A DNA stretch of 64,000 nucleotides from Tubulanus polymorphus (Eukaryota > Animalia > Nemertea). This document shows positions 37,173 to 50,417 of the stretch, piece by piece. Under the pieces are notes generated by a model that did no database searches, was not told the DNA's origin, and saw only the letters and a list, made by a program, of their open reading frames with translations. Both the position numbers and the translations under genes were made by a program. Where the stretch lies: positions 24,576,560 to 24,640,559 of the forward strand of contig NC_134027.1 in NCBI RefSeq assembly GCF_964204645.1. The letters are read 5' to 3'. The stretch's first letter is position 1. Each line of letters opens with the position of its first letter.

Positions 37173-40100
37173 GGTTCTATAAGCGTAACTGTGTACGCCT
37201 GTCTCCCTTGCATCTCTCTTGCTTGTAATATTCCAACGAATAATTCATCGCCACGAAAGGCAACGACAAGAGAAAACTTTTAGTAAGGATCGCAGAAAAT
37301 GGCTTTTATTCGCATCATCGACAACAGTAATCAAGGAATGTATGCGGGACGCGTTAGAAAAAAGCTCTCGGTTCATTCGTATCTCGATAACGATCTTAAC
37401 GAACAAACGGCATCGATAGAAAACAACGGCCCTGTGTGGCATTCTTTTGAATTTATTCCACGTATCGTTATTGCGTCGAGCCCGGGGGTAAGAATTCTAT
37501 CGCTCACCGACGTTACGACAAGATCTGAATACCAATAGCCGGTATCGATCATTTATCGATGATTCAAATCCAACCGTCATTCGTCTGTCTGGGCCAATGA
37601 CCGCACGCAGTTCACCGCCAAGATAAGTAAAACTTCCGATCGCTTTGGATTGTCCGGGCTTTTATCGCCAAACTTAGTTTGTCGTTAGTTGAACCGTTTT
37701 TAAGGGATATCGCCCTTTACGAACGGAATAGAAATCGTTTAATTAGCCTTCGGTAGAAAATTGTAAAATGTCTTTCCGCAATCGTAAAAATCTTTGCGCG
37801 AATGATCTATGTATCCTTTTTAAATCGACTGTTTCTCAAATGGAAGGATACGTTTGCATCTAACCTCGCCATTTACTAGATTTACTTATTTTTTTGTTTG
37901 TTTGAAAACTACCAGTTAGAAGAAAGATATGACTGTGGTTATAGCTTACACTGAAGTTAGAACGTGGTCAGTGAAGTTGTTCATCGCCAGAACCGGTGAA
38001 CTACCTACATGGCAATAAGCACGAGAATGGGGATATTGAAACTAGTGAAGTCTGGGGGTCTTGAAACTTCTGAGATCTATCATGCAAATCGTACAAAATG
38101 GCGCCGCCACGTGACAGAAGCGTGTGCTTGCAAGAGCTCCATTGTAACTGATGAAAAATCCCATACGGCGGCAGTCTGATCTTATTTTTCAATATCTCTG
38201 AAGCTCACGGAGATAGATAGACATCGCTAAGATGGCCTATATTCAATATAAAAAGTCGATTTTATGTAATATTTCAGTATAATTTGACAAAATCTCAGAT
38301 ATTCAAATTTTCCGACTTAAATTCGTAGACGCGCACTATCTATACTTACATCTCAGCTCATCGATTATTCATTGGTCGAAAAAACCGATCGAGACAAACA
38401 TTGCATAACTGGAGAGTCGAGGGTTTGTGTGTGTGTGTGTGTATCAAATTCGAGCACTTTTGAATAATTAACAGATGCGACTGAAGATGTTACGTGTATA
38501 ATGAAATCAAAACGACATCCCGAAAGCTGTTCTGAACTCGAATACATAGCCATTGCATAATCGATCAAAATCCCTAGTTTTAGTAAGTTAAACGAATAGT
38601 GCAAGCTATCGCAGGTTATTTTGTTTTAAAGTCTTTCCCGATGCTCAGAAAATGATCCATTTCATCGGAAATCTATGGCATTTGCTGTTTTTTTTCGTTA
38701 ATGTACGTGCTTATTATTACAATGCCAATGAATTTTTGTCTTTTTCTGTCCAGTTATGAATTTAGTAAAAGATTGGTAAATTCGTGATAAAAAGTTAACC
38801 ATTCAATGTGGACCTAGTTTTTCGGCCAAGACTATGGAAGGTTTAGAGATCCCTGTTGCCATTAGTCGGTTTTATGAATTGACCCACATATCGACCAATC
38901 ACGGTGGCCTTTGCATTCTTTGGCGATAACTATTTCGCTCCAAATCAGACATTCTGATTTCATCCCGTATATACATTCTTGGATTATAAAAAATGTATGA
39001 TCTTGTCCGAAACGGGGGAGCGGTCGAGTCGGGATGCGCATGAAGTATTGGTGTCGTCTGCCAACGACGCACCGATCGTCTGCAGCAGTTCTTTCCATCG
39101 ATGTTCAATAACTGTGTGCGAGTCGGCGCAGTTACCCGCTCAGGATTGGGTGCCGCTGCGACGCGTCTGCGTAAACAACGAGTCAGCAAATCAGTTGTTG
39201 ACTTCTAATAGAACATAACTATAGTGTGTAAGCAAGATTATTCGAGTCTTGCGAAGTCTTGGTGGAGCATGTGTGTTTCAGATACTTTCTTATCTTGCTT
39301 TCGAGAGTTCGAGAGGATCGTTCAATACCAGGTAGAATAGCGGTAAGTTCGTTTGTTCAAACAGAAATTCTAGAGAGAATAATTTTTTCTACTACAAAGA
39401 TGATTCCTGTTCATCAGCTAGAGCCGATTCGGCAGAGTCGACAATTTGATTTATACTGTAGAAAAGATCTTATTATTGACATAAACTCATAATTGTGGAT
39501 CCATCTCCACCTTTATATTTCGGTTGAGCCTTGAGTGTTCTGTATCTCCTACCGGGATGGTTGGTTTAGACTGTTTTTTAGCGAGATCGGTTTATAACAA
39601 TACATGTTCATTCGTAAATACATGTTCACGGAATCCAGTCCCAGCCTCGATTGTGCAACTACCATAGGGCTCGCAGTTAATTACTTTAAGTACGGCCTTA
39701 AGTCGTTGAATTAGTATTTCTTCTTAAGGGCTTTCAGCTAGATCTTGATAATGGCATACAATGTGTATCCTGACAAGGCGAGTACCGGTTTCTTGATCCA
39801 GATGATCTAGGAAATCTAAGTCATATTTGGTGCATTGCGAGATCATTGTAATGTCTATTTGGAGTTAATAGCTCTGGAGTTAGTTAATAGCTATCTTTCA
39901 AAGGGGAAACGCCGAATTGAGGCCCAATACGGCTCTAGCTCCGCCACTGGGACTTAGACCTATCCTAGATCTAAGCTAGATCGAGCGGGAGCTGCGACAC
40001 CAGTTATGCGGCTAGATGGCCTGAAGAACTGTCATAATTCTTGTATCTATTTCAAGGTCAGAATAAACTTAACTGACTTGCTTGATAATTTGTTCACTAT

Positions 40101-40270
40101 TCAATCAACTTTGAACTGAATTCTTAGACTCCCGAATCCATACCCGCCGAATATACATCAAATTAATTTTTCTACCCAGTGATCGGAATAGTTTTCATTA
40201 ACAATTGATTCATTTAAGAGAAAAGTTCATTCGAATTTGTGTTGAAGAAACTGTGTACGCGGACGACCAA

Positions 40271-40353
40271 GTAACTGCTAGCGAACCTGGTGGATCCTCG
40301 CTTGCCATAAGTGGAATCCTTGATTGCCGCTGTAGGGTTGGTAGCCCCCATTA
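40271..40353. repeat. ~80-bp dispersed repeat family D (ctagcgaacctggtggatcctcgcttgccatwagtggaatcctygattgcc)
   Basis: Close copy at 49409-49491, inverted copy at 48974-49056, partial copies near 28745, 30275, 23737 and 50035. Confidence 0.8.
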
Positions 40354-41305
40354 TCTCAGCGCTCGTAAACAGAAGCAATGACTGTACAACTGCGCTCATG
40401 GAGATTTGTATCGTGGTTTAATGAGGTGTTTCGCTGTGTGAATGAATAGCGTTTTGTGATGTTAGATATCTGTAGGGGCTGTCGTCTGCTGCACGGAACA
40501 TCCTGTTGTTGTCGCGCAGACGACACGAGAGATGAATCTCTTTAAACATATCGTATTCATACTTCACGATAATGAAACGACAGCACTCGAAGTTTTGTAC
40601 CTCGCAACTCGCGTCAGTTAAGATCGGCAAATTGAACGGGATTAATTTACATTGTCAAAGAACTTCTTATCACTTGAAGCTTAGGTTTCGGTATCAATTT
40701 ACGACGTTCATTGATAAATGACTCTGCAAAGATCTAAAGGCGTATCATTTCAGATGACTGCTTTGTATGGTTTTTATTGTTGTTTTTTGTTTGAGGTTTT
40801 ATTATCATACTACAATTGACGGTGGTGCCCTGACGGTGGACCTACGGTCATCAAATTTGGCAGACATGGCCGGGAATATGCTCAGATATCCTAAGGTGTT
40901 AATATAATCTAACTTTCCAATAAAAACCCCCAGAAATAGCATTTTGTACTTCAGCGGCGTCACCGCATTTCAGCGATTTTTACCTGTTATGCTATAGGCG
41001 GTTATGAAAAATGTCGAAGGATAAAATGTTACCGAAGGCCTTGTTATATTGACTGTCAGCCAGACTACATCGGAATTAATCATATAATAATGTCTTTTTC
41101 GCTGTGATGCATCAACGAGGTCACTAAATCATCTCTCTTCTATTGTCTTTCGATATTTTTCATCTACCACAGCACCATTACATATTGTCTTTCTAGCGGT
41201 TCGATTCACCATAATTTCGCAGCCCCCAAAATTTACCGTAACACCCGCTGAAACCACGGGTGTTTTCGGGGAAGAACTTAAAATTGTACGATATATTGCC
41301 CGTAA

Positions 41306-41446
41306 ATTTAGTAGAAACATTTTGAAATGTACAAAGTAATGTATTATGTGATCTTCCGCGTGCCGTGGACACCATTTTGGATCTCTGGAAATTGGATGTA
41401 AACATGATACATTACTTTGTACATTTCAAAATGCTCCGACTAAATT
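41306..41446. mobile_element. Short foldback/MITE
   Basis: aatttagtagaaacattttgaaatgtacaaagtaatgtattatgt is inverted as acatgatacattactttgtacatttcaaaatgctccgactaaatt. Confidence 0.75.
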
Positions 41447-44167
41447 TCTTGTATGTTCTTGCTTTCTTTGGGAACTGGCATTTACTGCAAAACTGGCTCT
41501 TGAATCAGGGAACTGAATTAACTTCACTCTAAAACAATGCTTCCATATTTGATCAACACCTTATTTAGCAACAGCTACACAAAAAATCATCTAAAAATTT
41601 GATATGAATCAGATGTAACAAATTCAGTATATCATCACAGGTTCATATCTCCAGGGTAGAATCCCAAAACATGAAGACAAAATGAGTCTGAACGGATTCC
41701 TTGGGCTAATAGTTTACTTGAACGCTTTGACTTCGTCTTAATAGGCTAACTTAGGATTAGGATAACCCTGGTCGGTGGAGACAAGAGAATTGATTATCTT
41801 CGCGATCCCCCGTGCTCGTGAACACCACGCACTTTAAGAAAAGAACAGGAAATAAACGTGTTGTTTTAGGACAGAAAAACATCAACCGCTACAAAAAAAT
41901 TGCTAGTATTATAGTATATAGTTTGTTTGTGTATAGCATATATCTATTTTCTCTACAAACTGGATCTGATGGGAAACTTAATCTTAGAAAGATTCTCACC
42001 TGATTGCTGTCTATATATAGACTGAAGACTGCGCGCAATAAGAGAACGGAAATAAATACAAGTTATACAAAGAATGTTCACTTTCTGATAGTTTCGGTTC
42101 GGTGTCCCTGAGCGGGAAGATTCTGCGTTTGAGTATTTCAATAAAAAGGCATCCTATTCATTTACATCGATCTAATGGAGCTGTTGAACTCTTTTTACGT
42201 ATTTTCTACGTAATAATCGAAAGATTCCTTAAGTTCATTAACATCGTTACTCATTTTATAGCTATTTTTCATTGCTAGTGATTAAACAAATCGGGCTTTC
42301 TCTTTGTGATAAGACTACGGTTGTATTCCACGAGAACACGTCGTGGGACAATAACATTCCACACACGGCGTTGCTCGCGACGTTACGACATAATATCTAA
42401 AAGTCAAATTACACCCGAGAATGCGGGAGTGAAAGCGTGGCGCTTGATTGATCGTCGTCGCCGCTACTGCTGCTTACAGTCCGCGTATAAAGCGTTTACC
42501 GAACGGAGAAAAAGTCGATTGTTTTACGGCTTGCAGTGAAACACTCTGGAGCTGTCGTCTGGTTTATAGCCACCGCAAATAATGATATATCTATGAAGCT
42601 TTAGCATCTACACACGCGCGCTAAGATGACATATTCGTTTTGTTTACACCGTTGATGATGTATAAGTTGACTTACGACGTCCCAGTCTCGCGATAAACCA
42701 TTTTAAGTTGCTACGGCCGCCATTTTGTTCGGATACTTAACTCCTGACTGTATCAATGGGTCGTTTTATGCTTTTTTGAAAAAAAAAAGATATTTTCGAA
42801 GACGACTGTATTTCAGCGGTCCTCGCGATTAATTCTTACATCTTCGAACCCGTCTTTCTTGATCTTGAAATAGGGATTGACCCTTTTATTTAATACTTCG
42901 GTTTTCTTGTGACTAGGTTTATTAGGATCGAAGAGAACTGTACGCAGAGTACGCAGCGGCAGCGATCCTTTTAGGGTGTCTGAAGTTTTTGTATGGCCAA
43001 TGAATTGTGTCGTGATGTTATCTTTTCAGTGAAGAGATGCTTAATTTCGCAAAAATGAAATTCGAATTTCAAAGAGCATTTTATTGCGTTCGTCTCCGTG
43101 TTTTCAACGCGGTTTGGTTTCATTTAGTGCGTATTCGCGGCTAGTCGAGCGTTAAGCTTTTCCGTTGCTTGGTTGTCCGTTGGAAATTTGAATTTTCAAA
43201 ACGAAGCGCTTCAATCAATATCTTTCGCACGAGATTGTCTCTATGGATTAGTGAATTCGAGCGTCGGTTATTTAGTCAAAGTCCTTGTTGATGTTTTCGT
43301 AGAAATCGCCATTGTGAAACCGCGGTAATGAAGCCAAACGCACGCGACGCAGGGAAACATGTTTCCGTCTGTTTCCCCTCTGTGGCAGTGCGTTATATTA
43401 TGAAACGAGAAACATGAAAACAATGTTTCCGAGATCAAACATGTTTGATTCCGTGTTTCTGTGTTTCAATGTTTCCCCGTTTGCCTCTGTCGTTGGGCTT
43501 AATGAGTTAGAAGAAACAATATACGATTTTTCAAGCCACTGTTTTATCGTAATAATATTAAAACTCGCTGAAACGATAATCAATCGACTCAATGAATATT
43601 TCATATCGGAAAATCCTAATTACGTGGAATTTACTGTTTTTCGTTCCGACAGAAAACGATATGCTTGAAAAAAGACCATTGGGTCTCAATATCATGGAAA
43701 TAAACTGGCGCTTTGAATCGGAACAGCCTATGCACTAAATCAGGCGCCGTAAACTATAGCGCGAAAATAGTGCTTAAATGTATTTCGATACCAGACGAAT
43801 AAAGAAAGTCTTTCGCGTCAAGTGTTAGATGTTCGATGTATACTCCGTTGTCTTCTAAATAATGCACACAGGCGGCGATTGTCGGCAGACTGCGTTTTAG
43901 ATACCCGATACATTCTCTGCAAATATAACGAGCGCAGTTTATGTGATAAAATTCGATGCGTGGGCGCGTTGCCTGGAATAATAAAGACGCTGTCTTTATT
44001 GAGCGGACCACGTAACACGGAAAATACGTGGCTCAATGTATCAGTCTCGATTGCGTCGAAGACCATATGGGACCACAGGACCTTCATGGTTAGCGATCTT
44101 TTGAATCAATGACAACCATATCTAGCGACCGAGGATTTATAGCCTTGTACACCTAATACACACTTAA

Positions 44168-44390
44168 GTTTTTGTTTTTGTTTGGCTTTACGTCGCTTGG
44201 ATCTTGTTTTCCTGAGACTAACCTTATTGGATTATTCATTTAACCTCACGACAGGACCGCGGCCTTTGAAGTGTTCTGTGCCCGCACACTGACTGTAAGC
44301 AGCCAGCAGGACTCGAACCCACTTGTCACTCAGCACTGATAGTGGATGCAACAGCATCACGCCTCATCTCATTGGGCTACTGTTCTCCGC
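44168..44390 (-). mobile_element. tRNA-derived SINE (MetaSINE-like 3' end)
   Basis: Minus strand: tagcccaatgag (A-box-like), gggttcgagtcc (B box), ggccgcggtcctgtcg, ending gcgacgtaaagccaaacaaaaacaaaaac. Confidence 0.65.
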
Positions 44391-47300
44391 ACATGTAAAT
44401 ATTCTTAAATTTGGTATCTTTCATTAGTGTTAGTTTTTCCCTTTTATTGTAATCCTATGTACAAATCTTAATACACCGTCTTTTCCTCGGTAAGATGTTT
44501 TTCTTTTTATCATCCACAATCGTGTAAGATATTGTGATGAATAGATATTGAATTGAATTTGGATTCTACCCGATTGCGCGTGCTCTCCTTAACCCTGGGT
44601 AAAATGCGCGGTGTGAAAAACGGCGTCGGAATTCAGTGGGTCGATAGCGTCGGACCCTCCCTGATCGCTTCACTCACATCAATATCAGCGACGCGACAAT
44701 TAAATCTAAATCGTTGATTCAATTTTCCGAACGTTAAAAGCATTTTTCGATTGCGCGGCGGCGGCGGCGGCAGGTGTCCTGCTTATTACATCAAAACCAC
44801 TTGTTCGTATAAAACAGAAAATTCAATACCATAAAAAATTGAACTATTTCACTCAGCGACACTTCAATAACGCGCTATTCAGGTTGCATCCATAGTTCTG
44901 GGGTTATCGACGTCTGGTGTTAGCTCAACGCGGACGACGCGCGGAAACACGGAATCGAACGTGTTTGCCGAAATCATGTTTCTCTCATTTCTCGTAAACG
45001 TACACGACGCAGGGAAACAGGGAAACACTATGGGATCAAACATGTTGGAAGCATTGTTTCACAAATCTATGTTTCTCGTAAACGCAAACGACACAGAGAT
45101 ATGCTCGGGCGAAACGTTTTGTCTCATGTTTCCGTGTTTCCGGTTTCCCTGCTTCGTGCGCGTCGGGCTTGATTACCGCAATTCTCTGTACGTTGAGTTC
45201 CTGAGTTTTTGTTTTGGTTTCGAGAGAATGGACCCAGTTCGTCTCGGCGCAGCTGAATCGATAAGACCTCGTTACAGACAGCCTCGAAGCCGATGACAGG
45301 CAATTTCCTGTGATTTCAGCGCGACATTAAGTGTAAGTGTCAAGTTTGGCTCTATAAGTGGAGTCCTCGCTTCCGGAATAGATAGCTGTCCTGCGCGGTC
45401 ATTCGTGATCTGAAAAAGTAAACATCGGGGGCGGTTTAGATTTTCAAATCGGAGTACGAAAAGAGGGTTGAAATTGCATTTTGGTTTTGCCCTGGTTTGG
45501 GTAAACAATCTTCCATCCAGCCAGATCTGCTGCCAAGTGACATATGAGGTTCATTTTGCCGGAAATCTTTTATAATACAAGATTGGAACGCGCTGTAAGA
45601 GTCTAGGGTCCAATATTTACCGGTCTGCCACAGCCATTAAATAGTCTTTTTGAAATTCGAAGCTTGAAAGGGGCGTTTTCTAAATATTTAAAGGCAAAAT
45701 ATTTTATGAAATTTTCGGAATGTGAAAAAACCAAATTTGGAACTTAAATAATTGCGGAACTTGGATTTAAAAGGACGGTCGTCCCAACTCCTAACCCCTT
45801 CTGATTACGCCCATGCGTCCTTGTCAAAAATCCGGTCCCTGTTCACTTCCTTGTAGCCATCTAAGCGTTAACTCGCATTCGAAAAGTCGTAATTATACGT
45901 AAAATCGAGTCGTCAAATCGAAGATAAGTAGCTCTGGTTGCATACTCGAGAAGTACACTGTGTCTATATACGAAAGAAGTGTACTTCGTAAACGCAGTCA
46001 ATAGAACGCAATTAGCGAGCTTTTAATGCACAATTTGTAGTTATCGAACATATCATCGCTCGAGGCATTCACGGCGTATTGATTGATATCGCTTCTGACA
46101 CTAATTACACTCATCTCGCTAATTAAACTTCGAATATTTCACGTTCACCGTCTAATACGATTACGCATAGCGGAACCTATTCATCTCGCGTATACCCACG
46201 GGTATAAAATTCTTCAGGATTTCACGGGCCGAATCATCGCAGAAATTCGTGTTGTTACGAAGCCTCCGAGATGTGGATGGACACCACATTCAAAGAACTT
46301 TAAATGAAGATATAGAATATGAACATGGGTGGCTCCGGGGTATAATTTTGACTAGCTCACCAAAGAAGATATAGCACATTATATGGATTACGTGGACCCC
46401 AATTCACAATATATTTTAAGCCAATGATATTTTTTGAGGAATCGGGCTACAGCATGGTCACACCCTCGACATCCACCAAAAAACTCATCTGATTTTTTTT
46501 TATAGTCAGGAAATTTATTCTCATAGAATGTTTTTCAACTTTTTTTGCCTTTCCTCGTGAAAGCCAACATGGAAGCGGTCCCTGGTAAGCGAAGACCCTG
46601 CAGCGTGGCTGGGCGTGGCTGTTGGTTAAATTTTCATCTGAATCTAATCATCTGTATTTAAATCGCGTTTCCTCGACTCTATAAACCACGGTACGGCGGT
46701 TATAGAACTGGTGGACCAGTGGGACCAGTTCAAAACTGGGCTCCTATTTTCGGTTGAACTCACTTACTTCAGCTTACGTTAAGTTTTATATTAATCATGA
46801 TTTATGGTCTACTATGTAAAGAGGGAAAACATTTATGGGAAAAATTGCGCCGAAATTGTACCTCAGACATAAGTAATCGGTCCTTAGGATTCTGGGGTAC
46901 GCATAGAGTACACCAGGACGCAGTTTCACTTTTGACTTTTGATCATAAATCTCGAATCTCGACCGAACGTCACAACGTACAGAGAACTAGGCCGAATGAA
47001 TCAGCTAAACGACCTCAATTTCGGGCCTCGATCGGAACTTCACGCTCGCGACGAAGTAGATTTATTTGTCTCGACTTATGGCAGAAATTGACAAGTACGT
47101 TACAGCGAAGAGGACGGACGATGGTTTATTGATACGGCGGACCCCTCGCTCGTCAAACAACACGCTTGATTGAATAATTCCCGCTGAACCGAACGGCTAA
47201 CTCTTCATCTTCCTCGAGTCGACGACATCTCACTAGTATTAACATACATATGAACAATTCTTCGGTATATACGTAAATCTTAACGGAGACGCAACTGCTT

Positions 47301-48014
47301 GTCAAAGTCTAGCAAACTATTCTTGGTGGTAATATTTTCTATTCCCATAGATGAGATGCTCAATGCGTTCTAGATTTTTTCTAACCGATCGTTAGCATTG
47401 GCTCTTCTAAAGCCCAACGCATAGTACGCGGGGAACACGGAAATAGGGGGCCTTTCTTCGAGTCATGTGCGTTCGGGGTCGGTTTCTATCGGGCCTGGAC
47501 CGGTGCCAGGAAGAATCAGGGATAAATAGGGACTCCAGCATTAAAAGAACTAGGTCCTAATCCAGATTGTATAGAATCTCCAATCGCCAAGACAATATTT
47601 CGCTTCTCGATTACCACACTTGATCGTAGATTTTATCTAAAAATAGAATTTAAAAAATCTAGAAGAAATTTAGAGAACTTAAAATCTAAAGAACTTAACG
47701 TATATACATTTTACAGATAAGATAGATGATTTTATTACTCTCCTACCATTTCCATGGTATGTGGAGGTTAGAAAATAATTTTGTTTGCAAATATTTTCAT
47801 GGGAAAAATAAAGCCATTTCAAAACTTTCACAAGGCTATTTTCTATCTAAAATCATCTTTAATAATAAATTTTGCTTGTTGGAATTTTGGAGTTTTTGAT
47901 ATGTCAAAGTTTCTGATTTACAAAATTTCCATGACAGCGCCCTCTATTGCTAAAGCTCTCGCCAGGTATCTCACGTCTGAATTAACGTTTCTCCTTATCG
48001 TTTATTTTTTGCAG

Positions 48015-48931
48015 ACGACAAACTGAAAACGATCGACTCGTCGTCACACGTTGAAATGACCGATTACCACACGATCATCCTGGGCGTAATCGGAGGACTC
48101 CTCTTCGTTTTCATCGTTATCTGCATTTGCATCACGTGCGTACAGAGGAATAACGAGGTCAGTAGGTCAAAACCGGACCGCAATAGACTAGGCGTCGGCG
48201 CCGGCGTGCCGCCTAACTGCACAAACCGTCCTCCTAAACAATCCACGATGCAAACGGAATTAAAAACGTTACTGTCTCGGTCTCGGACGCCACCTTTTGA
48301 TACGATCGATTCCCGACATATGATCGGGAATAACGTAAACCAGTGCATGCAATTTAGCGACATTTACACGGATCCGTCTGGTTTGAGTCAATGTAGCGAC
48401 CGCATCTACGCCGACCGGCTCACCGCTGCCGGACGCCCGTACACGCCGTCTTTAGATCGATATAGCGCCACGGTCAGCGTAGGAATACAAACGAACGGAC
48501 GGACGCAGCCGGCGGAGGACTTTTTCCCGCCGTTAGATCGAACGGCGGAATCGATTCCGGGAGAGCTCGATCGGTTCTATTCGACTCCGCTGTGCGGCGA
48601 ATTCGCCAAACGACTTACGAACACGCCGTCGTCGACGAAAAAATTCCCGACGCAGGCGACCATTGAGCGCCCGATGACGCCGCAAGTGAGCGGCGCCACC
48701 AATCGGGAGCAAAACGAACTGAAAGTTAGGCGCAGTAACAGCATGAGAGAACGCGTCAATCGAACGCCCAGCCCCAGACCCGATATTGTGCAGTTGGCGC
48801 CATCTATCGTGGTGTCCAATCATAAGGGTCAAACTTTGCCGCCGGTGTTGTATTCCTCCCCATCCGAACGATCTCGGTCTAAATCTCGTTTAGACCCCAG
48901 TATATTTAATGAACATAGCAGCGCCGTCTAG
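48015..48931 (+). CDS. NETO: NETO-like gene, terminal exon: juxtamembrane region, TM helix and ~260-aa Pro/Ser/Thr/Arg-rich cytoplasmic tail ending -SSAV
   Basis: tttattttttgcag acceptor in phase 1, in frame with the 291-aa ORF; TM TIILGVIGGLLFVFIVICICITC; TAG at 48929-48931. Confidence 0.92.
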
Positions 48932-50181
48932 CGATTCATGAATATAGCATAATCAATAATACATTTCATTTAGAATGGGGCCCCAACAACGCTTACTGTG
49001 GCAATCGGGGATTGCACTTGTGGCAAGTGATGATCCGCGAGGATTGCTAGTAGTTATCAAACCGGCTCTGCTTATTTGGAGGTTTTCCTGGAAAGGTCCG
49101 TGGATTGAAATTGGCTGCGTAATTGTCGCTTTCTTGTCGGAATCGCATTCTGTTGAATGGGGAATCGCAACACGAGTTACTCCACCAGATGGCGTGATGA
49201 GCATTCAGTTTATTCACCAGCAATCAATTTTGAACTGAATTGTTAGGTTCGCACGAGTCCATACATTATCAAATGACCAACAAAATATGCTTACATTAAC
49301 TTCATTTTCTACTCAATGTTTGGTATTACCAGTTATCATTAATTATTGATTAATTCAACGTTCATTCCAATTTGAATGAAATAGACGGAACTGGACGCGG
49401 AAAACGGAGTAACTACTAGCGAACCTGGTGGATCCTCGCTTGCCATTAGTGGAATCCTCGATTGCCGCAGTAGCGTTGAAGGCTACTCATTAAACACGTG
49501 TTTCTGTTTTATATGAAATAAAAATGAATGAATTTGAATGAGTAATTAACGACTCGCGTTTCTTTTCAGTTGAACGTATTTCTCGGCTGTCGTAATCGGT
49601 GACGGGTATACCACGTGATTTTGATCGCGCACCACGTGCCAAATCACGTGACGGACGCACATCTGCATGATTACGCATGCGCCCCATTCCCAATTGACGC
49701 TTTTTGAAACCCTCCCCGCGCAGTGTGTCTAACAGTCGTGTTTTGTCTCGCCAGTTAAGCTTAAAGCACCCGATCCCCTAGGCCTCGCCTAAACTGTTTA
49801 ATTGTCCAAGCCTTTATTCTGTTGTGGAGATCATTTGTTTTAAAATCTTAACATTTGATGAAACGTAATTTCTAGTTTTTTCATTTCATGTCGTACACCA
49901 TCTTCGGTTTGAACCCTGGTGTCATCGATATTAAAGAATACATTAGATACATAGGACGGGGTGCCCAGAGAGCAATTACCAATTGCCGAAGTTCCTCGCT
50001 TGCACTGTAACATAAGGCTTAGCGCAATGCCACTGTGGTAAGCGAGGATTCGCTAGGCAGCCCTTGTTTTCCATGTGTAGTGTTTGGATTACCACAATGT
50101 AATCGGGGGTGTTCTAGGTGGCACTGGGGTGATGTCGTCAGTATTCCTTTCAAGTGTTGCGAAGATACTGGTGACGTTACC

Positions 50182-50417
50182 GTGGCAGAGGATCCACCAG
50201 GGGCGCTAATGTCGTGAAGTCGGATCTTCCAGGACTAACAAGGTGCCGGGCAATCGAGGATCCGCCAGGGGCGCTTATGTCGTGAAGTCCGAACCCACAG
50301 GGCTAACAAGGTCCCGTGGCAATCGAGGATCCGCCAGGGGCGCTAATGTCGTGAAGTCGGATCTTCCAGTACTAACGAGGTGCCGTGGCAATCGAGGATC
50401 CGCCAGGGGCGCTAAAT
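50182..50417 (+). repeat. 69-bp tandem repeat (~3.5 copies) related to family D
   Basis: Unit gtggcaatcgaggatccgccaggggcgctaatgtcgtgaagtcggatcttccagtactaacgaggtgcc. Confidence 0.9.

Noticed and set aside
35174-37213. Long repetitive ORFs (171 aa, 205 aa) of FNLTLDPVPQLCG units, and a CRISPR-like look of the arrays
   Set aside because: A 39-bp stop-free unit makes ORFs automatically. The arrays are intronic, occur in both orientations, and have no unique spacers or cas genes.
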